A DNA stretch of 64,000 bases from an uncultured Clostridia bacterium. Its GTDB lineage: Bacteria; Bacillota; Clostridia; Oscillospirales; CAG-272. The first letter of the stretch is position 1; the number at the start of each line of letters is the position of its first letter. The position numbers and the translations under genes are program-made. The stretch is from contig CANQMS010000007.1 of assembly GCA_947624995.1 (NCBI GenBank), positions 787 through 64,786 of the forward strand. Reading direction: 5' to 3'. The notes beneath the pieces were generated by a model, which saw nothing but the letters and a program-made list of their open reading frames with translations, was not told the origin of the DNA and ran no database searches. This document shows, piece by piece, positions 45,857 through 56,569 of the stretch.

Positions 45857-46879
45857 ATGAAAAATAAGACAAAACACATTGCCTCTTTAATACTTGCCCT
45901 TGCCCTTGCCCTCGCGCTCGCCCTGCCCGCATGTCTTTACGGCTGCTCCGTCACGGGCGGGGACGGCGGCACTACATACAAAGTCACCGACAGGGTCCCA
46001 CAGAAGCAGACGGAGCCGGAAGGCACCGAAACTGCGACGCCTGAGACCGAGCCCGAGGACGAGCTCCGCTTCTCAAAGACGCCGCTCGAAATCGAGCTCA
46101 ACGCGAAGCAGGCGTTCGTCTACGACGTTGAAAAGGAAGAATTCCTGCTCCTCAAGGGTCAGGGAGAGCACCTCCGCCCCGCGAGCACGACAAAGCTTTT
46201 GACAATACTTTACGCCATGACGCTCATCTCTCCGGACGAGCTCGTGACGCCCGGCGACGAGCTTCTGATGCTCGGCGAGTTCTCCACGCTCGCATACGTA
46301 AAGCCGTTTCACACGCTGTCCGCCGAGATGCTCGCGGAGGGCATGCTGCTCCCGTCCGGCAATGACGCGGCGCATGTGCTCGCCGCCGCAGCCGGGAAAA
46401 AGCTCGCCGGAGACAGCGAGATGTCCGGCAAGGACGCCGTCGCGGCGTTCATGGAAGGCATGAACAGATACGCCGCCGCGATCGGCATGAAAAACAGCCA
46501 TTTCGTCACGCCGGACGGCTACCCCGACGAGGAGCACTACACGACCGCAGAGGACATGGCTATCGTCGCCGATATGGCGGTCCACAACAGTCTTATAATG
46601 AAGTACGCGAGGATGCGTCAGGACGACGTCACGTACGCGAGCGGTCATACAAATACGTGGGTCAACACGAACAAGCTCCTCGACCCGTACAGCGGCTACT
46701 ATTCGCCGTACGCGACCGGGCTCAAGACGGGCTCCGCCGACGACAATGATTTCGCGCTGATCGCCTCCGCCGACATCGAGGGCAAGACGTATATAATTGG
46801 GCTCTTCAGCGAGGAGCTCGCCAACAACCGCTATATCGACGCGCTCGCCGTTATCGACGCGCTGGAGGCACGTCTATGA
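45857..46879 (+). CDS. Serine-type D-alanyl-D-alanine carboxypeptidase (peptidase S11) lipoprotein
   Basis: Lipobox-type signal (LYGCS). SxxK = ASTTK, SxN = SGND, KTG = LKTGS. Confidence 0.83.
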   Translation: MKNKTKHIASLILALALALALALPACLYGCSVTGGDGGTTYKVTDRVPQKQTEPEGTETATPETEPEDELRFSKTPLEIELNAKQAFVYDVEKEEFLLLKGQGEHLRPASTTKLLTILYAMTLISPDELVTPGDELLMLGEFSTLAYVKPFHTLSAEMLAEGMLLPSGNDAAHVLAAAAGKKLAGDSEMSGKDAVAAFMEGMNRYAAAIGMKNSHFVTPDGYPDEEHYTTAEDMAIVADMAVHNSLIMKYARMRQDDVTYASGHTNTWVNTNKLLDPYSGYYSPYATGLKTGSADDNDFALIASADIEGKTYIIGLFSEELANNRYIDALAVIDALEARL

Positions 46880-48357
46880 ACCTGAAGCAGCTCTTCTCCG
46901 CCCTTCACGTAAAAGTGCCGGAGCGCTTCAGCCGCATGAAGATCGACAGCGTCGAATACGATTCTCGCGTTTGCACCGCGGGGGCTCTCTTTGTCTGCCT
47001 CCGCGGCGATTTTGAAGACGGGCACCGCTTCGCGCGGGACGCCTATGACCGCGGCTGCCGCGCATTTCTCGCCGAGGAGCCGCTGTCTCTGCCGGAGGAC
47101 GCCGCCGTTATCACCGTTGACAACACGCGGCGGATGCTCGCGCTCGTTTCCTCCGAGCTGTACGGCAGACCGGCTGAAAAGCTGACCGTGATCGGCGTCA
47201 CCGGGACAAAGGGCAAGACGACGACGTGCCACATGATCTACAGCATCCTGAACGCCGCAAATATACCGACCGGCTTCATCGGCTCGACAGGCGTCATGTT
47301 CTCGGGCGTGCGCACGTCGACTCTGCGGACGACGCCGGAATCGTCCGACATATTCGCGTACCTTCACAAAATGATCCGGTCCGGGATCACGACCGTCGTG
47401 ATAGAGGTCTCGTCCCAATCAATAAAAACGGATCGCATATACGGGATCAGATTCGACACGTGCGTCTTCACAAATCTTTCCCCCGACCACATCGGCGAGC
47501 ATGAGCACGCGTCGTTCGAGGAATACCGCGACACAAAGGCAAAGCTGTTTTCCGACTTCGGATGCAGCTTCATAGTCTATAACGCGGACGATGAAAACGC
47601 CGCATACATGCTCGGCGGCGCATCAGCGCTCGCCGTTTCGGTCTCGACATCGGACGAAGCCGCCGACCTCTGCGCCGCAGCCCCTGCGCCGTGGCGCGAA
47701 AACGGCGCCCTCGGTATAGACTTCACGCTGAAATGCGACGGAGAAAAGCATCGGATCCGCCTGCGCAGTCCGGGTATGTTCAGCGTCAAAAACGCGCTTT
47801 TGGCGATCGGCGTCGCCCGGCGGTTCCTGATCCCGATAAAAACAGCCGCGGAAGCGCTCGCCGTCACATCTCCCATCGGTCGGTTCGAGGTCGTTGACGC
47901 GCTCCCGTACGCGACTTTCATCATCGACTATGCACACAACGAGCTCTCGCTGCGCGAAGCGCTCTCGACGCTGCGCGCATATTCGCCCACGCGCCTCGTC
48001 GTGCTCGTCGGCTGCGTCGGCGGGCGGACGTTCTCGCGCCGCGCTCCCGTCGGGCGCGCGATCTCGGAGCTCGCCGATTTTTGCATCCTCACCTCAGACG
48101 ATCCGGATTTCGAGGACCCGATGGAGATCATCCGCGAGATTCTCGTCGGCTTCGAGGACCGCAGCACACCGTTTGTCTGCATCCCGGACCGTGTCGAGGC
48201 GATCGAATACGCCGTGAAGGAAGCACGCCCCGGGGACATCGTCCTGCTCGCCGGAAAGGGACACGAAAATTTTATTATAATCGAGGGCGAACACCGCCGC
48301 CTGTCCGAACGCGCCGTCATAATGAAGGCGGCGGAGGAGATCACGGTCAAAGCTTAA
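46876..48357 (+). CDS. murE: UDP-N-acetylmuramoyl-L-alanyl-D-glutamate--2,6-diaminopimelate ligase
   Basis: Mur-ligase P-loop GVTGTKGKTTT, the motifs DYAHN and GKGHE, and an ATGA overlap with the upstream gene. The amino-acid specificity (DAP versus Lys) is not verified. Confidence 0.88.
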   Translation: MNLKQLFSALHVKVPERFSRMKIDSVEYDSRVCTAGALFVCLRGDFEDGHRFARDAYDRGCRAFLAEEPLSLPEDAAVITVDNTRRMLALVSSELYGRPAEKLTVIGVTGTKGKTTTCHMIYSILNAANIPTGFIGSTGVMFSGVRTSTLRTTPESSDIFAYLHKMIRSGITTVVIEVSSQSIKTDRIYGIRFDTCVFTNLSPDHIGEHEHASFEEYRDTKAKLFSDFGCSFIVYNADDENAAYMLGGASALAVSVSTSDEAADLCAAAPAPWRENGALGIDFTLKCDGEKHRIRLRSPGMFSVKNALLAIGVARRFLIPIKTAAEALAVTSPIGRFEVVDALPYATFIIDYAHNELSLREALSTLRAYSPTRLVVLVGCVGGRTFSRRAPVGRAISELADFCILTSDDPDFEDPMEIIREILVGFEDRSTPFVCIPDRVEAIEYAVKEARPGDIVLLAGKGHENFIIIEGEHRRLSERAVIMKAAEEITVKA

Positions 48358-48464
48358 AGCGCCGCCGCGGGAAAAAACGGGCGCAAATAAATCAAGCGGG
48401 TGAGATCGCAGATGCATATAAAAAACATTGCAAAATTGCAAAAACGCGTAAAAATCGCCAACGC

Positions 48465-48507
48465 AAAAAAACGGGCGCTTCCGTATGGGAAGCGCCCCCG
48501 TTTTTTT
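48465..48507. terminator. Bidirectional terminator between murE and rplA
   Basis: A-run, then stem cgggcgcttcc / ggaagcgccc(cc)g, then a T-run. Confidence 0.85.
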
Positions 48508-48524
48508 GATCTTTAAATCCGTGA

Positions 48525-49217
48525 TCAGCCGAGCCTTGCGGCGTTGATCTTTATGCCGGGACCCATCGTGGATGCGATAACGCAGCTCTTGATGTACTGA
48601 CCCTTTGCGGCAGCCGGCTTTGCCTTGATGATGGCGTCCATCAGCGTCGTGAAGTTCTCGGTGAGCTTCTCGGTGCCGAACGATGCCTTGCCTATCGGGC
48701 AGTGGATGATGTTCGTCTTGTCGAGACGGTACTCGATCTTACCTGCCTTGGCTTCCTTGATAGCCCTGCCGATATCCATCGTGACCGTGCCGGACTTCGG
48801 GTTTGGCATGAGTCCCTTAGGACCGAGCACACGACCGAGACGTCCGAGCAGACCCATCATATTCGGAGTCGTGATGATGACGTCGTAATCGAACCAGTTC
48901 TCGTGCTGGATCTTGTCGATCATGTCCTGATCGCCGACATAGTCGGCGCCGGCGGCTCTCGCCTCATCCGCCTTGTCATCCTTCGCGATAGCGAGGACGC
49001 GGACGGTCTTGCCCGTTCCGTTCGGGAGGACGATGGCGCCCCTGACCTGCTGGTCGGCGTGACGGGAGTCAACACCGAGGCGGACGTGGAGCTCGATCGT
49101 TTCGTCAAACTTGGATTTAGCCGTCTTGAGGACGAGATCTATGGCTTCATTCGTGTCGTAAAGCTTCGAGGATTCGATGAGCTTTGCGCTTTCCTTATAC
49201 TTTTTGCCCTTAAACAT
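48525..49217 (-). CDS. rplA: 50S ribosomal protein L1
   Basis: Full-length match to the L1 pattern ([23 protein letters not shown]...LP.GTGK). Confidence 0.95.
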   Translation of the reverse strand: MFKGKKYKESAKLIESSKLYDTNEAIDLVLKTAKSKFDETIELHVRLGVDSRHADQQVRGAIVLPNGTGKTVRVLAIAKDDKADEARAAGADYVGDQDMIDKIQHENWFDYDVIITTPNMMGLLGRLGRVLGPKGLMPNPKSGTVTMDIGRAIKEAKAGKIEYRLDKTNIIHCPIGKASFGTEKLTENFTTLMDAIIKAKPAAAKGQYIKSCVIASTMGPGIKINAARLG

Positions 49218-49233
49218 TACGTGTCACCTCCGC

Positions 49234-49659
49234 TCAGTCCTCGACTACGACGCCCATGCTGCGCGCCGTACCCGCGATCATGCTCATGGCTGCCTCAACG
49301 GAGCCCGCGTTCAGATCCTTCATCTTTGTCTCGGCTATCTGCCTGACCTGCTCGCGCTTGATCTTCGCGACCTTCGTCTTGTTCGGGGTGCCCGAACCGG
49401 ACTCGATGCCGCACGCCTTCTTTATGAGGACGGGCGCCGGCGGCGTCTTCGTGATGAATGTGAAGGAACGGTCGGCATAGACCGTGATGACAACGGGAAT
49501 GATGAGACCGATATCGTTCTTCGTTCTCTCGTTGAACTCCTTCGTGAAGTTCGGGATCGGAACGCCGTACTGACCGAGCGCCGGACCTACGGGCGGCGCG
49601 GGAGTTGCCTTCCCTGCGGGAAGCTGGAGCTTTATATAGCCCGTTATTTTCTTTGCCAT
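49234..49659 (-). CDS. rplK: 50S ribosomal protein L11
   Basis: [30 protein letters not shown]. Confidence 0.95.
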   Translation of the reverse strand: MAKKITGYIKLQLPAGKATPAPPVGPALGQYGVPIPNFTKEFNERTKNDIGLIIPVVITVYADRSFTFITKTPPAPVLIKKACGIESGSGTPNKTKVAKIKREQVRQIAETKMKDLNAGSVEAAMSMIAGTARSMGVVVED

Positions 49660-49730
49660 TTCAGTTTACCTCCTTGTGGTGACGTGCGGGAGAATCACAA
49701 AAAAATTTTCTCCCTCCCACTTAAAAAACC

Positions 49731-50267
49731 TTACTTCTTCCTGATGTGCTTCGTTTCCATCATTACGGGCATATCCCTGCCCGCCGCGGAAATGATGACG
49801 GTGACGCTCGCGCCGTCCGGCGTGAACGACTGCACCGTGCCCGAGAAACCGACGAACGGTCCGTCGATTATATCGACCGTGTCGCCTGCCTCGATAGCCG
49901 AGCGCTCCGTATGCGTCTCAAGGTTGATCGCGGCGACCTCCTCGTCCGTCAGCGGAACGGGCTTCGACCCGGGTCCGACAAAACCGGTGACACCGGTGAT
50001 GTTGCGGACGATGTGCCAGCTCTCGTCTGTCATTATCATCTTGATGAGCACATAGCACGGAAAAATTTTCGATTCCGTCGTCTTCGTCTCGTCGCCGTTG
50101 ACTTCGGTGACGGTCTCGGTCGGAATCACGGACTCAAAGATCAGGTGCCCGAGCCCGCGGTTTTCAACGATCTTGTCAAGGTTCGCCTTGACCCTGTTCT
50201 CGTAGCCCGAATAGGTATGCGCCACATACCAGCGCGGACCGAGATTCATTTCATTAATATCGCTCAT
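49731..50267 (-). CDS. nusG: Transcription termination/antitermination factor NusG
   Basis: NGN domain WYV.HTYSGYENRVK and KOW motif GD.V.I.DGPF.GF.G.V. Confidence 0.93.
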   Translation of the reverse strand: MSDINEMNLGPRWYVAHTYSGYENRVKANLDKIVENRGLGHLIFESVIPTETVTEVNGDETKTTESKIFPCYVLIKMIMTDESWHIVRNITGVTGFVGPGSKPVPLTDEEVAAINLETHTERSAIEAGDTVDIIDGPFVGFSGTVQSFTPDGASVTVIISAAGRDMPVMMETKHIRKK

Positions 50268-50277
50268 GACATCTCTG

Positions 50278-50835
50278 TCAGATCGCAGTACCGATCGCGA
50301 CGATGAGCAGCGACAGAAGATAATCTATGACTCCGAGCACAGCCGCAAACACGACTATCGCGATAACGACGAGCACCGTGTTTTTCAGCGTATCGTGCGG
50401 ATCCGCCCATACTATCTTCTTGAACTCGCTCTTGAACGACCTCCAGAGCTTCGCGGTCTTCTCGCGGTTGACAAGCGCCCAGATCGCAAAAGCGACGAGG
50501 ATAACGGCGACGATGATTATCGTCACAAGCCCGTAGTGCGTCGTCTTCGTCTGCGTCGTGGTCGAGCTGCTGCCCGAGCCCGTCGCCGCAGAGGTCTCCG
50601 TACCCTCGGCTGTTTCCGTTCCCGTGCCTTCCGCAGTCTCCGTGCCGTCTGCCGTGTCCGCTTCAGTGTCCGCTTCCGTCCCGGCATCCGTCTCCGCGCC
50701 CGTGTCCGCCTCTGTCACCTCGGCGGTACCTGTCCCCGCGTCCGTTTCATCCGCAAATACGGGGACGAGCGACAGAGAAAGCATAACCGCGAGCGAAATA
50801 ATCGCCGCGAGTATCTTCCATGCGTTTTTCTTCAT
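50278..50835 (-). CDS. secE: Preprotein translocase subunit SecE with an unusual N-terminal extension of about 120 aa
   Basis: The C-terminal 60 aa (FKSEFKKIVWADPHDTLKNTVLVVIAIVVFAAVLGVIDYLL) form a canonical SecE. ATG 50835 is 8 nt after GGGGAG. Position between rpmG and nusG. Confidence 0.75.
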   Translation of the reverse strand: MKKNAWKILAAIISLAVMLSLSLVPVFADETDAGTGTAEVTEADTGAETDAGTEADTEADTADGTETAEGTGTETAEGTETSAATGSGSSSTTTQTKTTHYGLVTIIIVAVILVAFAIWALVNREKTAKLWRSFKSEFKKIVWADPHDTLKNTVLVVIAIVVFAAVLGVIDYLLSLLIVAIGTAI

Positions 50836-50851
50836 CTCAGCATCTCCCCGA

Positions 50852-51001
50852 TCACTTAGTTTCCCGATGGAGAGTGTGCTTACGGCAGAAGCGGCAGTAC
50901 TTGTTGAGCTCAAGTCTGTCGGGAGTGTTTTTCTTGTTTTTCATCGTGTCGTAGTTGCGCTGCTTGCATTCTGAGCAGGCAAGTGTTACTTTGACTCTCA
51001 T
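50852..51001 (-). CDS. rpmG: 50S ribosomal protein L33 (49 aa; too short for the ORF track)
   Basis: The manual translation is [49 protein letters not shown], with CxxC...CxxC zinc-ribbon pairs. Conserved position upstream of secE-nusG. Confidence 0.9.
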   Translation of the reverse strand: MRVKVTLACSECKQRNYDTMKNKKNTPDRLELNKYCRFCRKHTLHRETK

Positions 51002-51130
51002 GTTTGGTCGGCACCTCCTGATTTTTTTTTAGTTACATCGTACCTCCCTCGGACGGGGAACCCCGTTTCATGTCCGGACCGTGGCGCGGAACGAAGGCAC
51101 AAAAAAAGAGCCCTCCGCAGAGGTAGTGTC

Positions 51131-51160
51131 AGTATACCACACGAAGGGTTCTTCTGTCAA
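51131..51160 (-). promoter_or_regulatory. Sigma-A promoter for rpmG-secE-nusG-rplK-rplA
   Basis: The minus strand reads TTGACA, 18-nt spacer, TATACT, with extended -10 TGG. Confidence 0.6.
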
Positions 51161-51214
51161 GTATTATTTTTCATTTTTCCGCAAAAAATGATGCGGTTTT
51201 GCGTTGTGTACGCG

Positions 51215-52993
<1,779 letters not shown>

Positions 52994-53019
52994 TTATTTC
53001 TCCTCCGAAAAGGTGATTT

Positions 53020-53115
53020 TCAAATTTTGTTTATGTTCCCGCGGGCGGCGCCGCCGCCTTCCGTCCCCGCGCCGCGCGGACGGCGCACGGGATCAATATC
53101 AAATTTAAGGGGCAT
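53020..53115 (-). CDS. Possible 31-codon upstream ORF in the aspS leader (speculative)
   Basis: ATG 5 nt after GAGGAGG. Encodes MPLKFDIDPVRRPRGAGTEGGGAARGNINKI and stops 26 nt before the aspS ATG. No homology evidence. Confidence 0.2.
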   Translation of the reverse strand: MPLKFDIDPVRRPRGAGTEGGGAARGNINKI

Positions 53116-53146
53116 ATGCGCCTCCTCTTCGGTTTTTACGCGTATT

Positions 53147-53174
53147 ATTTTATCACAAATAGCGTCAATGTCAA
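53147..53174 (-). promoter_or_regulatory. Sigma-A promoter for aspS
   Basis: The minus strand reads TTGACA, 16-nt spacer, TAAAAT, with TG one base upstream of the -10 element. Confidence 0.55.
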
Positions 53175-53223
53175 GCGGGAACGCATTATTTCGCCCGGGA
53201 GCGATCTCTTTTTGCTTCCGGGG

Positions 53224-53253
53224 TTTACAAATGCACATCATCTATGATATAAT
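53224..53253 (+). promoter_or_regulatory. Sigma-A promoter for the DUF951-yfhO unit
   Basis: TTTACA (53224-29), 18-nt spacer, TATAAT (53248-53), with extended -10 TGA. Confidence 0.55.
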
Positions 53254-53299
53254 ATGATATATTATTGTGCATTTTTTTACCGGGCAGGCATAAAGACGT

Positions 53300-53512
53300 A
53301 TGGCAAAGGACCGCATCATCCCGCTGTGTCCCGGAGACACGCTGAAGCTCAAAAAGCCGCACCCCTGCGGCTGCGCCGATTTCCGCGTCATCCGCGCGGG
53401 GTCGGATGTGCGCATCGTATGTCTCGGCTGCGGGAGGGACATGACGCTGCCGCGCGAAAAGCTCGAGCACGCCGTAAAAAAGCGCTCCCCCGCCCAAACG
53501 GACGACCGGTGA
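53300..53512 (+). CDS. DUF951-family small protein
   Basis: GD.L.LKKPHPCG...F.V.R.G.D.RI.CLGCGR...LPR..LE..VKK is the DUF951 signature. Confidence 0.8.
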   Translation: MAKDRIIPLCPGDTLKLKKPHPCGCADFRVIRAGSDVRIVCLGCGRDMTLPREKLEHAVKKRSPAQTDDR

Positions 53513-53533
53513 TCCGACATTGAGAAAAGGATC

Positions 53534-56500
53534 TTGAATATGAAAGAAAACGAAAAGACAAGCACCCCCGCGCCCACCGATCCGGGCGCAATTGAACCGG
53601 AGGGCGGCGCGCCCGCCGTCCCGGACATAATACCCGACACCTCAGCCGAGCCGGAGACATCCGGCGCTGCCGGGCAGGCGTCTTCATGTGTTGATATGCC
53701 TGAAGATGACGAATGCGGCTTTGACGAATTCGATCTCACCCCGGAGGAGGAAGCGAAGCTTTCGCGCGGCGGCAGCGCCGACGCCTGCGGTGAGCCGGAT
53801 GCCGACGGCGCCGGGGGCGGAAACAAAAAGAAAAAGCGGCTTCCCGGGCTGCTTGGAGACGAGAGGGTGAAAAAATACAGGTACCTCGGATTCTCCTTCC
53901 TTGTCCCCGCGCTGACGATGTGGCTGATATACATCGCGATGGGGACCTTCCCCTTCGGCAACGGCAGCGTGCTCGTCCTTGACCTGAACGGGCAGTACAT
54001 CTATTATTTCGAGCAGCTCCGCGAGATCGTGCTCCACGGGCAGAGCTTCCTATACTGCTTCGGCAGAGCTGTCGGCGGAGAATTCATGGGCATTTACGCC
54101 TACTATCTCGCCTCGCCGTTCTCGTTCCTCGTGTGCCTGTTCCCGAAGGAGCTTATAACCGAGGCGCTGCTCGTGATGTTTCTTTTGAAGACGGGGCTCT
54201 GCGGGCTCACGTTCGGCATCTTTCTCCAGTACAGGACCCCGGAAAAGGAGCTGAACCGCGTCTCCGTCGTTATATTCTCGACGATATATGCGTTAACGGC
54301 GTACGCCGTCGTCCAGCAGCACAACACGATGTGGATCGACAACCTCATCTTCCTGCCGCTGATCGTCATGGGCATCGAACGGATGATAAAGTATCACCGC
54401 TTCCGCCTCTTCGTCATCTCGCTGACGCTCGCCGTCATGTCGAACTTCTATATCGGGTACATGATGTGCATCTTCGTGTTCGTCTACTTCTTCATCGCGT
54501 ACGCGACGATGGACCCCGAGGAGCGCAACATGTCGGGTGAAAAGGGGCACTTCGGCAAATCGCTCCTGCGCATGGGCGGCTCTGCCGCGCTCGTGCTCTC
54601 GATGTCGTGCGTCATCCTCTGGAGCGCGTACTATTCTTTGACGTTCGGAAAGACGACGTTCTCGAATCCGAAATGGACGCTCGACCAGAAGTTTGACCTG
54701 CTCGATCTGATCTCAAAGCTCTTTATCGGCAGCTACGACACGGTCCGCCCCGAGGGGCTCCCGTTCGTGTACTGCGGCACGCTCGTGCTCATACTGCTTC
54801 CGATATATTTTATCATCAAGAAAATACCGCTCCGCGAAAAGATCTCGGTTTTCGTGATGTCCGTCTTCTTCGTCCTTTCCTTCACGATCTCCGCGGTCGA
54901 CCTTGTGTGGCACGGGTTCCAGCGCCCGAACTGGCTCAATTACAGATACAGCTTCATCCTCTGCTTCTTCATGATATTTGCCGCGTACCGCGCGTTTATG
55001 TATATAAAGGAAGTGGAGATGAAGACGGTCGTCACCGTCGTCGGGTTCTGGGTCGTGCTGCTGCTCATACTGCAAAAGCTGGACACGTACACATGGGTCG
55101 ACGACTATGAGACGGTGTGGCTCTCGTTCGCGTTCTTCGCCGCGTTCCTGATCCTTCTGCGCTATCACATGACGTCGACCGCACAGGACGGCGTCGCGCT
55201 CGCGGTCGCCTCGATCGTTATCCTCGAATCGTTTGTCGGAGGGCTTTTGAATCTTGTCGCCCTCGGGGACGACGTCGTTTATTCGTCGCGGACGTCGTAC
55301 CGCTCGTTCGTCGACCGCGTGCAGCCGATCGTCGACATGGTCAAGGACAGCGACAGCTCCTTTTACAGGATGGAAAAAACGCTGCACAGAAAGACAAACG
55401 ACCCGCTCGCCCTCGGCTTCCGCGGACTATCGAACTCGACCTCTACGCTCAACGCCTCGACGATAAAGCTGCTCGCAAGGCTCGGGCTCTCGTCGAAATC
55501 GCACTGGTCGAAATATCTCGGCTCGACGCCCGTCGTCGACTCGCTGTTCGGCATAAAATACCTCGTTTCCGAGGCGGGGACGGACGTCTCCGACCTCTAC
55601 GAGAAAAAGTTCGAGTATCAGGGCGACACGTCGAAGCCGCGCCTTTACGCGTACTACAATCCCTACGCGCTCCCGATAGCGTACGGCGTCAGCCCGTCGC
55701 TCATCGACTATATGTTCACGACCGGCACCGACCCCGAAACCTCAACCGATAAGGCTGAGTCTCCGTTCGTCCGCATGAACGACATCGTGAGCGATATGTG
55801 CGGTGGCGAGCCGACAGAGATATTCGTTCCCGTCAATATAGACGATGAGACCGACAGCTACTGCACCCTCTCGTTTACGACGGGGCACAAGGCGTATACG
55901 AACGACTCGACAGAGCCGAAGGGGCGCGTCATCTACACCATAACCGCGCCCGAGGACGGCGAGATCTACTGCTTCTTCCCGAGCGACTACATCCGCGAGT
56001 CCGACCTCTACCTCAACAGCAGGAAGCTCTCGACATATTACGGAAACGAGACCTACCGCATCGTCGACCTCGGCTCACACACGAAGGGCGAGGTCATGCG
56101 GGTCGAACTCAGGATGACTGAGAGCGACAAGCTCTATATCAAAAACGACCCGACATACTTCTACTACTTCGACGAGGACGCGTTTGTGTCCGCGATGGAG
56201 GAGCTCGCGCGGAGCCCGTACGAGATCGAGCGCTATACGGAGGACAGCTTCTACGGCACGATCGACATAAATGACGGCGACGAGCTCGTCTTCACAACGA
56301 TACCGTACGATGAGGGCTGGGTCATCAAGGTCGACGGCATGAATGTCAAGCCGATAAAGGTGCTCGATTCGCTCATCGCGTTCACGGTCCCCGCCGGTCA
56401 TCACACGCTCTCGATGGAGTACCGCCCGAAGTGCGTCATATACGGCGGCATCATATCCGCCGCGGGGCTCGTCACGTTCGCGGGCGTTTGCGCCTTCGAC

Positions 56501-56557
56501 TTCACGCGGCGCAGAAGCAGAAGAAGCAGAAGAAAAAAGGCTTCCGCCTCCGAATAA
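53534..56557 (+). CDS. YfhO-family membrane protein (putative glycosyltransferase) with an acidic N-terminal extension
   Basis: After about 110 acidic/low-complexity residues come FLVPALTMWLIYIAMGTFPFGNGSVLVLDLNGQYIYYF and more than 10 TM helices. A large C-terminal extracytoplasmic domain and a final TM helix follow, as in YfhO. Confidence 0.78.
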   Translation: MNMKENEKTSTPAPTDPGAIEPEGGAPAVPDIIPDTSAEPETSGAAGQASSCVDMPEDDECGFDEFDLTPEEEAKLSRGGSADACGEPDADGAGGGNKKKKRLPGLLGDERVKKYRYLGFSFLVPALTMWLIYIAMGTFPFGNGSVLVLDLNGQYIYYFEQLREIVLHGQSFLYCFGRAVGGEFMGIYAYYLASPFSFLVCLFPKELITEALLVMFLLKTGLCGLTFGIFLQYRTPEKELNRVSVVIFSTIYALTAYAVVQQHNTMWIDNLIFLPLIVMGIERMIKYHRFRLFVISLTLAVMSNFYIGYMMCIFVFVYFFIAYATMDPEERNMSGEKGHFGKSLLRMGGSAALVLSMSCVILWSAYYSLTFGKTTFSNPKWTLDQKFDLLDLISKLFIGSYDTVRPEGLPFVYCGTLVLILLPIYFIIKKIPLREKISVFVMSVFFVLSFTISAVDLVWHGFQRPNWLNYRYSFILCFFMIFAAYRAFMYIKEVEMKTVVTVVGFWVVLLLILQKLDTYTWVDDYETVWLSFAFFAAFLILLRYHMTSTAQDGVALAVASIVILESFVGGLLNLVALGDDVVYSSRTSYRSFVDRVQPIVDMVKDSDSSFYRMEKTLHRKTNDPLALGFRGLSNSTSTLNASTIKLLARLGLSSKSHWSKYLGSTPVVDSLFGIKYLVSEAGTDVSDLYEKKFEYQGDTSKPRLYAYYNPYALPIAYGVSPSLIDYMFTTGTDPETSTDKAESPFVRMNDIVSDMCGGEPTEIFVPVNIDDETDSYCTLSFTTGHKAYTNDSTEPKGRVIYTITAPEDGEIYCFFPSDYIRESDLYLNSRKLSTYYGNETYRIVDLGSHTKGEVMRVELRMTESDKLYIKNDPTYFYYFDEDAFVSAMEELARSPYEIERYTEDSFYGTIDINDGDELVFTTIPYDEGWVIKVDGMNVKPIKVLDSLIAFTVPAGHHTLSMEYRPKCVIYGGIISAAGLVTFAGVCAFDFTRRRSRRSRRKKASASE

Positions 56558-56569
56558 AGGGGAAAAGCG

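Noticed and set aside
49660-49730. Hairpin gggagaa..ttctccc upstream of rplK, as a possible L1-binding autoregulatory leader or nusG terminator.
   Set aside because: There is no U-tract and I cannot verify a resemblance to the 23S rRNA L1 site by eye. Left unannotated.
51002-51125. Short stem (cctc/gagg) plus a U-run right after the rpmG promoter, as an attenuator.
   Set aside because: The stem is only 4 bp, which is too weak to support a terminator call.
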